NCBI RefSeq assembly: GCF_001949145.1
Contig: NW_019091362.1
Location: 682,670 to 743,842 of the forward strand
Direction of reading: 5' to 3'
Length of the DNA: 61,173 nucleotides
From: Acanthaster planci
Lineage: Eukaryota
A program made the position numbers and the translations under genes. This document shows, piece by piece, positions 1-11,790 of this stretch; positions within the stretch are counted from its first letter, which is position 1; each line of letters opens with the position of its first letter. The notes beneath the pieces are model-generated. The model worked only from the letters and a program-made list of their open reading frames with translations, searched no databases and was not told the DNA's origin.

Positions 1-3000
1 GAATAAGCAGACAGGTAACTGGATGCTTGGGGTCTAACACTATCGGATGCTTGGCATTAGAGTCCAGCTCTGTTGCCCGACGGAGACGTCCACCAACCCG
101 GATCAGCTGACTTTCGGCGTCATATTCAGGGCAAAGACAGCTCAGTCGACTCTTGTTAGAGACAGGCTTTCCAGCAGACAAAGTTACTAGGTCTTTCTGA
201 AAGCAATCTGTCTGTACCCGTTGGAACAACAACCTCTCAATTTTGGATCGATCATCAGCACTCAGGAACGGAGGTCCCTCCTCCCCTTGGGATTGGTACA
301 GGGCTTTACTGTACCCTTCAACCAGCCCGTCCCAAGTGTCAAAGCATGAAACATCGATCTCTGGACGTTTTTCCTGAGGCGTCACCATCATCCCAGTGAA
401 GAAGTCTGGTTTCACTTCCAAACGGGCTTCCTCTTTGGTGAGTTTCGGTGGTTCCTGTGGCCAGTCCGTTTCAGACTGAAGCAGAAAGAAGGGACGGTGC
501 CATCGACTGCCGTCACGTATTTGTTGCAAGGGTAGACCTCGAGTAAGGTCGTCTGCGGGATTGTTTTGTGACTCTACATAACGCCAGGTGACATGATTCG
601 TCAGCCGTTGAACTTCTGCAACTCGGGCACCGACAAATCTGTTATAGCGACACGACTCCGAGTTTATCCAGGCGAGAACAGTCGTACTGTCGCTCCAGCA
701 GGTAGTTCGGGCTCTAATGGACAGTTCATCTTCCAGGAGTTCAACCAACTCCGCTCCACTTACTGCAGCCATGAGTTCCAATCTAGGCATGGTCTGGACT
801 CGCTTTGGTGCCAAACGAGATCTAGCCATCACGAATTCAGCTGAGACTTCACCGACTTCGTTCATCACTCGCAGGTACCCTACCGCCCCATAGGCCTTTT
901 CTGATGCATCGGTGAATACATGCAGCTGGTAGCTGCTGGTGGCTGGATTGAAGTGTAGAGGAGTATAGCATCGAGGCAAGCTGACATCTTTCAGTTGGGC
1001 AAGCTCTTGCCTCCACCTCAAATGCTTGGCCCGAATGCCTTCCTCACCTTCATCAGGAATTTCATCATCCCAGCCCCATGGTCGCTTCCACAATTCTTGA
1101 ACCAATATCTTGCCTCTCACCATGAAGGGCATCAGGTAACCAAGTGGATCCTTTCCGGAGCAACGCATTACGTCACTTAGCACTGCTCTTCGGGTAAGGA
1201 TTGGCCAGTCCGAGAGCTGGAGCTGGTATGTCAGGACATCCCTCTCAAAATTCCAGCGAGGACCCAAGGCAACTTCTTCAGGAGTATCACCACTGAAGTT
1301 GAGCCATCGTTCGGTATTGTCTGACCGAGCTTCAGATTGTAAGTCAGCAACCACGGCAGGCTTGTTACTTGCCCACTTCACAATTGGGAATCCTCCCGCA
1401 CCGAGGGACTCACGCAACTTCTCCACAAGCTGCTTGGCCTCATCAACCGTGGGCTTACCATCAAGGCAATTGTCTACATAAAAAGCCTCTAGGACACTAC
1501 GGAGGACATCTGGATCTCCCACATTGTCCCTTACATGCTTCTGGAGGGCAAAGGACGCACAACATGGACTGCACGTTGTCCCAAATGGAAGTACATTCCA
1601 TTCAAGTTCCTCTGGTTCCCTGTCAGAGTTGGGTTCCTTCCAGAGAAAGCGTAGCATAGATTTGTCTGCTTCCAAAGTTGAGACACAATGAAACATCGCC
1701 TTGATATCCCCACATATGGCAACCGGGTGTTTTCTGAATCTGAGGAGAACACCAACTAATGATGACCCAAGAGTCGGACCCGGGAGAAGGTCCTCGTTCA
1801 GCGATTCACCCTGGTAGCGAAAGGCACAATTGAAGACAAGTCGGGACTTGTCATTCTGGCGCACAACATGATGCGGAATATACCACTGCGATTCAGGTTC
1901 CTGGTCACCCCCTTGGTTGACAACAGTGCGGACAAGGCCTCCTTCCTTGAGTTCCTGGATCTTACCGCAATGAATCTTTGCCAAATCAGGGTCTCTCAAC
2001 AAGCGCTGTTCATTTCTCTTCAATGAGGGAAGCACTGCACTGGCTGGACAGGAGAACGTGGGCTTACCCAGCCTCCACAAAAGTGGTGTCGCCACTCGGC
2101 GTACATTACCTATCTCGACAAAGGTTGATTTCGCTTCAAGCAGGTCCACTGCTCGTTGGTCCTGCTTTGATCGGGTAACTTGCTTTCTCTGAGTATACAT
2201 TTGGACATCCATGTTCCATAACCGACAAACGTTCTCATGGAGGACAGCATCTTGTTCACTAGACTGGTAGTGCAGCTTTCCGCGTCCTCCCCGCCGCATG
2301 GTCGGCCCTTGCAAGGCCCATCCTAATCTCGTTTTGACCGCTACTGGGGCATTTTCTGGGCCAAAACGACTCTCCCTTGGGATCACCAAGTCTGGGCGGT
2401 CACTTCCAAGCAGAAGAAGTGGCGTCACCTTCTGGCAGTCATGCAAAGGGAGATTCTGCAAATGAGGCCATCTTCTTTGAAGATCTTGGGCAGGGACGGA
2501 ATGCTCAGATAATCTAAGCATTGGAGAGGAGAAGACATTGCTAACATGAATCCGCATGTCTGGATCATCCAGAGGAGCAATGTCAAAATCTAACATCTGT
2601 CCCCTACAAGGAGTACAAGCATCTCGAGCGGTCGCAATCGGAATTTCTGTTGCAGTCCCTCTCAGTTGCAAGGCTTCGGCAGCCTCCATGGGCATCATGG
2701 AGAAATTTGATCCATCATCCAACAGGCAATAAGTTGTGAGCGATGTGCAATTGCCGTACAAAATGATAGGCAAAATTTTCAAGCTCACTTCCTTTGGGTG
2801 CCAAGGACTGCCATCGCCATAGAAAACCGAGAGGTTGGGGTCAAAGCTTGAGTAGTACGAACCATATCCCGGCTGTTTGAGCAGATCATGGAGAACCGTC
2901 AAGTGGATCTCGCTGCACTCCCGACATGGCTTGCGTAGGTCGCATTCTTGACCCTCTCGGTGTTGGCGGGCGCACCTCCAACATCTACGGTTTGCCTTTA

Positions 3001-5690
3001 TCCACTCAATCCGCTGGCTGGAAGAGAGCTTATCAAATTTATCACAGCGGGAAAGCCAATGCTCCCCTTCACAATAGGGACAATGCTTAGGAAATGGTTT
3101 CTTTTCCTTGGTTGGTCTGGATTCCGTCAAATCGCTTGTATGAGACACTTTAACAGGTTTGTTGTGTACCCTTGCTGCTTGGTTCCCAGCTTTGGTGTGG
3201 TAGGCAGCAGCACCCCTTTGTCGTCTTTCGTGATGACCAGGTGAGGGGTCAGATTTCAGGCTCTCATTCAACTGGATCTTCTTGCGGGCGACGGCAGAGG
3301 TTTCCTGTAACCATGCATTAATGTCGGCAAGAGAGAAATTACGCACACCTTTATTGGTCATGGCCTTCAAAAAGGCTGTCTGGTGAATGTGAGGAAGCCT
3401 GCTGTAGAGGACGCAGGCAGTGGAGTTGGCTTTCAACTCAGCCTCCCCTTCAGGAGCACTCTCCAGTTGAACAACCAACGCCGAGACAGTGGATGCAAGT
3501 TCCACCAGTCCTTTGGAATCATGGGCAGCCAATTTAGGCCAAGAAGTGATCTGTTCGATCTTACTTCGGATGAGAATTCCAATGTCTCCATACAACTTAC
3601 GCAAGGTTGACATTGCGAGGGTAAAAGGACTAGCATGGTGCTCAAAACCAAGGACATCCTTTTTGGGTTGTCCTCGCAACTTGGACCTCACAATGAAATA
3701 CTTTTGTAATTCACTTAGATGAACAAGTGGTCGGATACAGCCCTCAACCATGGCCTCAAAGCAACGGAACTCTGAGGGGTTCCCACCATTGAAGACTGGA
3801 ATTTCCATGCTAATACCACCAGCAGATGCTGCCAACATTGAGCTCAACATTTGATTCTGGTTTATACCTGGATCAGCCTTCAGTGCTACTGGTTGACCAA
3901 GGGAAGTGCCTACTCCGGTAGAAGGCAGAGGGCGCCCTTGGGGTGAAGGTTCACTCGGTATGGGCGTGGTCGGAGTCACCTGTGCTGAGGAGTGGTTACC
4001 TGTATCATTAGGAAGCGAAGAGCAGACAGTGGTATTAGGAATGGGAAAGGAATGGGTGCTACACACTGTAGTCCCAGAAGTAAATGGCGGAATACTGTAG
4101 CAGGTTTGCTGTACCTGACTTACGGCAACTTGCTGGCTATGCAAAGGCACTGATATTTTTGGATCAGACCTGGCATCCACACACACAGGCAGAGCAGCAC
4201 TATTACTGCAAAAAACTGGCATGGGCAAGGCAGCATTATTTGTGACAGCAACGGGCATGGGNNNNNNNNNNNNNNNNNNNNNNNNNNNNNNNNNNNNNNN
4301 NNNNNNNNNNNNNNNNNNNNNNNNNNNNNNNNNNNNNNNNNNNNNNNNNNNNNNNNNNNNNNNNNNNNNNNNNNNNNNNNNNNNNNNNNNNNNNNNNNNN
4401 NNNNNNNNNNNNNNNNNNNNNNNNNNNNNNNNNNNNNNNNNNNNNNNNNNNNNNNNNNNNNNNNNNNNNNNNNNNNNNNNNNNNNNNNNNNNNNNNNNNN
4501 NNNNNNNNNNNNNNNNNNNNNNNNNNNNNNNNNNNNNNNNNNNNNNNNNNNNNNNNNNNNNNNNNNNNNNNNNNNNNNNNNNNNNNNNNNNNNNNNNNNN
4601 NNNNNNNNNNNNNNNNNNNNNNNNNNNNNNNNNNNNNNNNNNNNNNNNNNNNNNNNNNNNNNNNNNNNNNNNNNNNNNNNNNNNNNNNNNNNNNNNNNNN
4701 NNNNNNNNNNNNNNNNNNNNNNNNNNNNNNNNNNNNNNNAACGGGTGCGGGCAAGGCAGGAGATTCGAGCAAATCAGAATGCACGATGTCGGGTGAAGTG
4801 CCAATTGGAAGGCAAGAAGTGGCTGTAACAGCAACAAACTGGTTAACACCGGATGTAGCCGGTGTATAAGGGGCCGCAGCTGGGTTAAGCGGTGGAAAAT
4901 CAGAACTGGTTAACTGATCATTACTACTAGTTTGAATAATATCAGACACTTTTCTAGCTTGGGCTAGATTCAGTTCGGCATCCTTGCAGCGTTTCTCAAG
5001 TTCGAATTGTCTTGCCAGTCTTTCCTTGACTTTCAAGATACGCTGCTCCTCTTGCTCAGCCTGGAGTCGTTCCCTCGCCAATTGGAGTTCCTCCTCCTCC
5101 AACTCTCTCCTTCGTCGAATCTCAAGCTCCCTTTCCCTCAGGGCCAATTCTCCTCTTGCGCGCTGTGCAGAAAGTAACTGTTCTTCCAGTTCTTCTGTCT
5201 TCCTGCAGACGCTCTGCTCCCACTGCAGGTGCTGGCGTGCCAAAGCAAGCTCCTTTTCCCGTTCAGCAACCCTTATCTTGGAGAGGGCGGAGCTGTTAAC
5301 AGAGCCTTTATGAGAACTTGAGCCACTACCGGTGTGGCTGTGAGTACGGCTGGTAGCTTGACTTCTGGTGTGCTTGCTGGACTGGCGGTTGAGGTTGGTC
5401 TTGTCCCTGGTTCCAGCCTGGCTCCCGGTGTGGGCACTGGAATGGGCACCGGCATGGGTACTGGCTTGGCCACTGACTTGGTTGCCAGCATGGCCACCAG
5501 CTTGGTCACCGGCATGAAGATTGGCTTGGGTAGATTCCTCACTCTGGCCAGGCTGGCCCAGCATGTGCACGGAAGGCTCAGAGGACTCAGGTGAAGCCTC
5601 TGATCTTGGCAACGCAGCCTCCACAGGTGTAAGTGGTGCAGTCCGTTTGGATCTCAGAGCTCGTCTGGATGTCTTGTGTTCAGCCATCAT
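1..5690 (-). CDS. BEL/Pao gag-pol polyprotein (partial, spans N gap, runs off window start)
   Basis: ORF 4236..5690 gives the gag N-terminus (MMAEHKTSRR..., coiled coil). Below the gap, the Zn-knuckle, protease, RT and RNase H motifs all lie in one minus frame (codon first base mod 3 = 1). The ORF track shows no closed ORF in that frame, consistent with an open frame running off position 1. Confidence 0.85.
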
Positions 5691-5739
5691 TCACACAATC
5701 CACGGAAAACCACGAGGGAAAAGTTTACATGGCAGGCAA

Positions 5740-5757
5740 ATCACGTCAGGGTCACCA
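5740..5757 (-). promoter_or_regulatory. Primer-binding site complementary to tRNA-Trp 3' end
   Basis: Minus strand TGGTGACCCTGACGTGAT; the plus strand ATCACGTCAGGGTCACCA matches the eukaryotic tRNA-Trp 3' end (ATCACGTCGGGGTCACCA) with one mismatch, ~50 nt upstream of the gag ATG. Confidence 0.85.
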
Positions 5758-8700
5758 TNAGTGCCCAAACAGGGCGCGCGGCGCTGAGAAAGGCTGATGG
5801 CTTTGCACTGTGATTGCACCGTGACTTCACATTGTGCACGACCTGTGACCACGAGGTTGCCGGGATCACTTCTTTTTAGCGAAGCGTTATTTCAGTGTTT
5901 GGTTCGCCAATGGCAATGCTTTGGCACGAGCAAAGTGTCGGCTATGATAAAACATGACCTTGGTATAATCACAGTGTGGTAGTTTATCTTCACACTAAGT
6001 ATCACTGATCACGTGTCTTTTGGCGATACATTTCAAATCATTTGTTATCTTGTGTCTTCTGTTATGTCGTGTACACGAATTACTAAACCAGGTCTACCCA
6101 GTTTGTTCTCATGTCCTTGAAACATAATAAGTCACTTTCCTCCTCTTTGACATTGCTGGTTCTAACTAGACCTCCCTTGACCATTTCATTGTGGACATTT
6201 TGCCTTTCCATTGTCAGGCAATTGTGAATATATACCAGATTCGGATTTTTTAAATCCCTTAACAAAAAGATACTTCCTGCCTTACCTGTTGTTCCGAAGG
6301 TCTTCAAGCATGACTTCTTTCATCTTGTGAGCCTGCTCAAGAGTGAACTGTGGATCGTCTCCAAAAAGCTCAACCATCCTCAAGCGGATCATCTCATCAG
6401 AGGCTGAAGAGCTAATCCCCTTGGTAGCTTCTTCCCCGACAAGTCAAAGTCCTCCTTCGCCAATCCCAAGACGAAATCCAGGGCTCTCCCACCGTACACA
6501 GGCTGCTTGAGGTGAGGCTCCCGACCCGTAGTGATTTTGGTCACGTTAGTGGCAGCCTTCCTCAGATACGAGCAGTTGTATTTCTTGAGAATCTTCTTGT
6601 TGCCGAGGCGGATGAGGTTCATCATGGTAACGCATGTGGATGCGTTGCCCATGGCAGCACCGTCGATGCAGATGCTGCCCCAGGTTCCATCAGCGCCATA
6701 CATCAAGCTCTACAATGTAAAAACAAACGCAAAGTCTAAAGCTGAAATATCATATAAGGCTACTCATTCTTTATTTATCTTTGAAGTTTATTAAGTTTAC
6801 ATGGGCATCGCTAGGTTTTCATTCCCTTTCATATATTTTTTCTTTTTCCCTTTTTCCTTTTTATCTCCATCTTGTACCCCCCCCGCCCTTCCGTGACTGG
6901 TCGTGCCATTTAGCGTTAACTAGCGTCAACAATGCTTCAACACCTGAATATACCCTTTTAAGATTTGAAAACTGGTTTTGTTACATTGAAGAGACTTCAA
7001 TCTAACATCTGTAACTGTGTAAGAAAAATGGTGAATTTGCTTCCACATTCTTGCAGGAAATGAGAACGAACACGGAACACGAAAATGTGATGCATTTAAT
7101 ATGATTTTTGGAAGCCTAATTAATATGAGTCTTGCATAATAACACAACTTTTTAGATAAATATGCTTGAATAACTTATTGGCGCTTCGATGCGCTCGCTG
7201 ACGCTCGTTGACCAGCGGCGTATCCAGCTTGTGGTGTCGGGGAGTTCAAAAGCGCGAAGGCGGCTTCGGGTTCATTCAACATGATTTGGCGGAGAAGAAA
7301 CATCAAACGCTTACTCGCCGTCTTGAAACATTGCCTTATAATTTCATGGTGTTGGTCCGGGTTTTTGCTAATATCTGATAAATAAATGAACGATAACTTT
7401 TCTTACCAATAAAGTATTCCTTGTTTAAAAAAAACCGTCCCCCTGGTTAGAGTTCACCTACCTCAACAAGCCGATTCATGAGTTGGTTCCAATCGGCTGA
7501 ATTGGCTTACAATCATATGACCTTTTGGTTGGTTCTGGATTTTACCTCCGATTTGTTCAAAATGGAGATTTTTCTCATTGATTTTTGAATAAGGTTGTAT
7601 TTTCATTTAGTATTTAGTAGCACGTGCATTATTATCTCGTGTTTCGATAGCTGCGCAGGACTTTAACACTGTGAATTTTTCTTTTACTTTTGTACCAACG
7701 GCCAACTATATTTAAGCAGCCACTTGTAGGACAAACATGACTGTGACGTCAAAAGAGCAGACCCTGTAGTTTGTCATTTGTTTCACGATGTCTTTATTTG
7801 AGCCATAAGGGTATCTTGGTTTTTCTCTATCGTTATAGTATAGTCGGCTAAAAAGCATCCAGAGGACACATCTCACCAACTGTACATGTATGAGGTTTAC
7901 GCCTCGCGTGGGGAGTTTGACGCAAATTTAAAACAACCCATTAATGAGAATATTGCCCGACTGCCTCCTTGAATGCTGACACAGATGTTGCATTGACTAG
8001 AGATTGTGGCACTTTCCTTGGTTGGTAGGTGTGTGATTTCAGTATAGTATCAATGTTGCTTATGTAGGGATTTGAAACACCATGTCAAATAATTGGTTAT
8101 GTTTTGTCCATTGTTTACGTCGTCTACCTCTATTACCATAGTATGTCTTCTGAAGATGGAGATGTATTCCAAGAGAGCTGATTGTGCTCCAAACGTATTC
8201 AATGCCCTCAGTGCCGTTAGTTAATGCTCAGAACTACACGTATAATGGTTTTTAATCAATTTGTGGCATTTCCCAGCTCAACTGTCAGTATCGTCTGGTT
8301 AAGATTGGGACAGGCGTTTGGATTGATGTCACAAGATACCAATACATCAATCAGGAAAGTTGCAGATGTCTCTCCAGTAGTAAGCAGTGTGGTTTTCAAG
8401 ATATCTTAGCCGGGACAATTTGTGACACAGATTTACCTGTGAGGATTTCTGTACTGAGCCTTTACGTAGTCCAGATAATTACTCTGTAAAATAATACTGT
8501 TAATTGAGCAGTATTGTGCTGTAGTTTTTGCAATAATAATCTACCGTAAACAAACATGTTTGTGACACGTATTTTCTGTGCTTTTATGAATGCATTACAG
8601 TAAAGTACTGTGAAAATGTACAGGAAAATATTTACAGTGTATAATGAAACAGTTAACAAAAAAACCACCACTGTCCAGGCACTCACTTGCATGGTACTTA

Positions 8701-9196
8701 TTGTCAAGCGCACGATGGGTTTAGATGCACTCAAAGCAATGATCTATGCACACTCGACTGAGCGGAGCTTCTATACGTATTGAAAAGTTCTGTAACAATA
8801 CTTTTGATACGGAATATGTGGCAAGGGGGCCCCCACGCTATTGTGTCTTATGTTGGGTTTACAGTATCTTTGGAATTCCTTTCAGATTTCCAGGGGGTGC
8901 AGTAGGAACGATGCGTGACATTAGGGGGCCCCTTTGTCACATATCGTACTTGGTACAGCTTGGTATGGGCATGGAGATGCATGTATTATACACAAGATAA
9001 CAAGATAGAGTTTCCTCCAAAGCCAGAATTTTAGCATTCAACGTTTAGCAGCATGGATCCACATAACATCTACATAATAGAAGCTTGCCATAAGTGTAGA
9101 GTGGATATCAATTACAAAGTCAAATGTCACTTATCGGCAAGACATAGGGGAAGAAATGCAACAGGACTTTTGAGGAGCTGCTACCATTGGCATATG

Positions 9197-9364
9197 AAGC
9201 AAGGTATGAGACGGAGAGAACCCCCCCCCCTTTGTGTTGGTCAATGTTTAACTGGAATCTGAAGAATTCTTTTCAGACATCTGGGGCATGTTTTAGGTAA
9301 CAATAGTCTAAAGTGTGTATAGCGATTGGACACGTTGGGAGATACCCCTCGGTCTCATTTCTTC
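9197..9364. mobile_element. Short TIR element (MITE-like); second copy at ~47579-47752
   Basis: Imperfect TIR aag(g/a)tatgagacggag ... ctcggtctcatttctt; absent at the paralogous site in copy B (~26300). Confidence 0.5.
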
Positions 9365-10353
9365 CATTGGGGCGCACTCAAAAGTAGGGTAAACAGGACG
9401 TTTTGTAACGATTCATTGTCTTCCTTTTTCCAACAGAAGGTTGCAAATGTTTTGAAAACTCAAAACAAACAAATTTAAAGGTCTCATAAAAACCAGTGAC
9501 ATTTCCCTGCTTCGACAAAATGTTCTCATCATGTCGGGCGTCATCTGCTTTAGCGTGCAGCTGAAGTAATCAGTGCAAATGTGTGTCATTAGAACTAACG
9601 TGTGTTCAAAACTTCAAAGGCGTGGAAGCCCACTTTCTACAAAACATTGGAGACAGGCGCATAGTTCGTGGCCTTGAAATATTTCTATGCCGAGTGCTTG
9701 TCCTAACTCGATACAATTGTGTTTGAGCAAATAGCGGAATACTTAACTGGCTTTCATCGTGGCTTGTACAAACACGTTTGTGCCTCGAGCTACACAATCA
9801 GCTTTTTAAAGTCGTTACTTTTTTTTTCTAAGTGACGGGGCTAGATAGAGCATGAAGATAGGGAGTATGTATGGTGTTAGAGTCTTAAACACATTACTTC
9901 AAGAACGCGTAGATATCTCAAAGTGTTTGACATAAAATACTCTTGAAAGTTTGACAGCACGACTACTGGTTGGTTCCTGGCAGATTCGCAATGGAACCTT
10001 CGACACCGTTGAGTCCGTTTCCTCTCTCAGAAAATGTACGACACAGATTCAAGCTGTTTAGTTACAAGGTTGAATTGACCACAATAGAGCATGGAAGCAC
10101 GCTTTGTGTACATGAACTGGGACAGATCCAGGGTTTTTGCGGGGGCGGTCGGTAAATTTTGTTTGTACAAGGGAAGGAAGGTTAGTACATGGAGTTGTTG
10201 CTGTTGGAGAAACGATTTCATCTCTTTGTTTTGTCAACTGTGCACATATTACCCCGACATGTTTTGTGCTTTGGGGTTTTTAGTTCATTCCAACCTTTAC
10301 ATTAGACGTAGGCCCCTAAATTGGTAGTGAGCTAGGGAAGGGAGTGACGGTGT

Positions 10354-11790
10354 CGGTCGCTTCGCCCCGTTGCCACTTTGCCCCTAACCACTTCGCCCCA
10401 TCCCCACTTCGCCCCATTTCAACCTCGCCCCATTGATTATCATGCATTCTTTTTTCAGCTTTAAGAGAGGCACATGCAACAAATAAAAACGGTTTGAGTA
10501 CTCAGCCAAGTCGGAGGTTCCGATTCAAACACGGCAAATGTTAGGCCTATGTCTGGACCGCGGGTTGCATATATTAATATTATCGTATCATCTCTTCACC
10601 AGAATTAAATAATTACCAGAGACAAAGCGGAGATCGTGTGGTTTTTGGTACCTTTTTTTTTTTTTTAGATATCCGGTGCTGTCTTCGAGAGATATGTCAC
10701 ACAAAAATAATTCGAACACAAAAATACCCCGAAAGAAAGCATTAAATAGAAGGGAAGGGGAGACTTGGGGATTTTTGTTTCATTCATTAATCCAACCTTA
10801 TTTCGGCAAGGGTGAATTGTACAACTTATCAAAATGCGCAGCTTCACGTAATACGGGTCCATTTGTTTTTTATATGCCTCTCATATCCATTAGCGGACCA
10901 CAATTCAAGGTGGATGTGAAAGGCAGCTGAAAACACTCCAATCAATATATAACCGCTTCACTGACTTCCATTTACTCTAAAGTTGGCTTCGAAGGATGCC
11001 GACTTAGAAACGTCCCGTCTATGTAGTAATGAGCCGCTGAACTATTCATTACAAATCTATTCAGCGCTGGCTTGAGATTATGACGTCAAAAACGTGTCAG
11101 AAACAGCCTAAAAATGGGGGACACATCTTTCATATTCTTCCCATAAATAATGTGAAGTGATAAAAATGTGAAGTGGATGACAGTGACAACCAGAATGATG
11201 TAAATATTGTACGGAATTTTGTAGGCGATTTAGAATAAAGAGGATATCGTAAGTGACTACGTCATACACGCGCCCGGACGCGCCACGATTTGCAGGCTCC
11301 CGTCGAACGATCGCTGAAGTTGCACGCTAACGTCCAGTTCCATGTTTCCGTGTAAACGGCGATCAATGCAGGTAACTCTATGGCCGTTTTCCCAATACTC
11401 AACTTCGTCTCCGTCTCAGGCTTCGTCCCCGAAACCAATCCCTGATTTCGGGACTGAAGCGTTTAAATCAAATTGGATTACGTAAGTTTTTGCTCTCTTG
11501 AATCTTATTTGATGTTTTGTAGCACTATTAGACGAATTAGTGCGCTTAAAGCTTCAAAGTCAGGGAGTAAAAAACAGTTGAAGCCTGAGACGCAGCCGAA
11601 GTTGAGTATTGGAAAACGGCCTATGTGCAGTGCATGTAAAGTGGGCGTGGTAAAACTGAAGTGACGTCACACTTACAAACCCGTAATAATAACAACACGC
11701 TCGAACACGGAAGGGACAAAGTGGAGATGGGGCGAAGTTGCGGCGGAGAGAAGTGGGGATGGGGGCGATGTGGATAGGGTGAAGTGACTG
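10354..11790. mobile_element. Non-autonomous foldback-type DNA element with subterminal ~15-bp repeats
   Basis: Left end has repeated cacttcgcccc units (10354-10432). Right end has the inverted ggggcgaagt/gggtgaagtg units (11720-11790). Related units at 28000-28100. Confidence 0.45.
11382..11621. mobile_element. PIF/Harbinger-like MITE
   Basis: TIR ggccgttttcc(c)aatactcaacttcg...cgaagttgagtattggaaaacggcc with 3-bp TSD TAT. An inverted second copy lies at 47301-47542. Confidence 0.75.

Larger units (their letters stand above)
1..5757 (-). mobile_element. BEL/Pao LTR retrotransposon (internal region; integrase and 3' LTR lie beyond the window start; 5' LTR absent at the single-N join)
   Basis: Minus-strand domain order: gag coiled coil, Cys/His knuckles (CPYCEGEHWLSRC..., ~3085-2900), protease TYCLLDDGS (~2735-2705), RT (LLPGPTL..GVLLRFR, FYVDNC at ~1480), RNase H (LHVFTDASEKAYG, MPRLELMAA), then VGGRLRR..KHPIVL at the window edge. 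PBS at 5740-5757. Confidence 0.93.
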
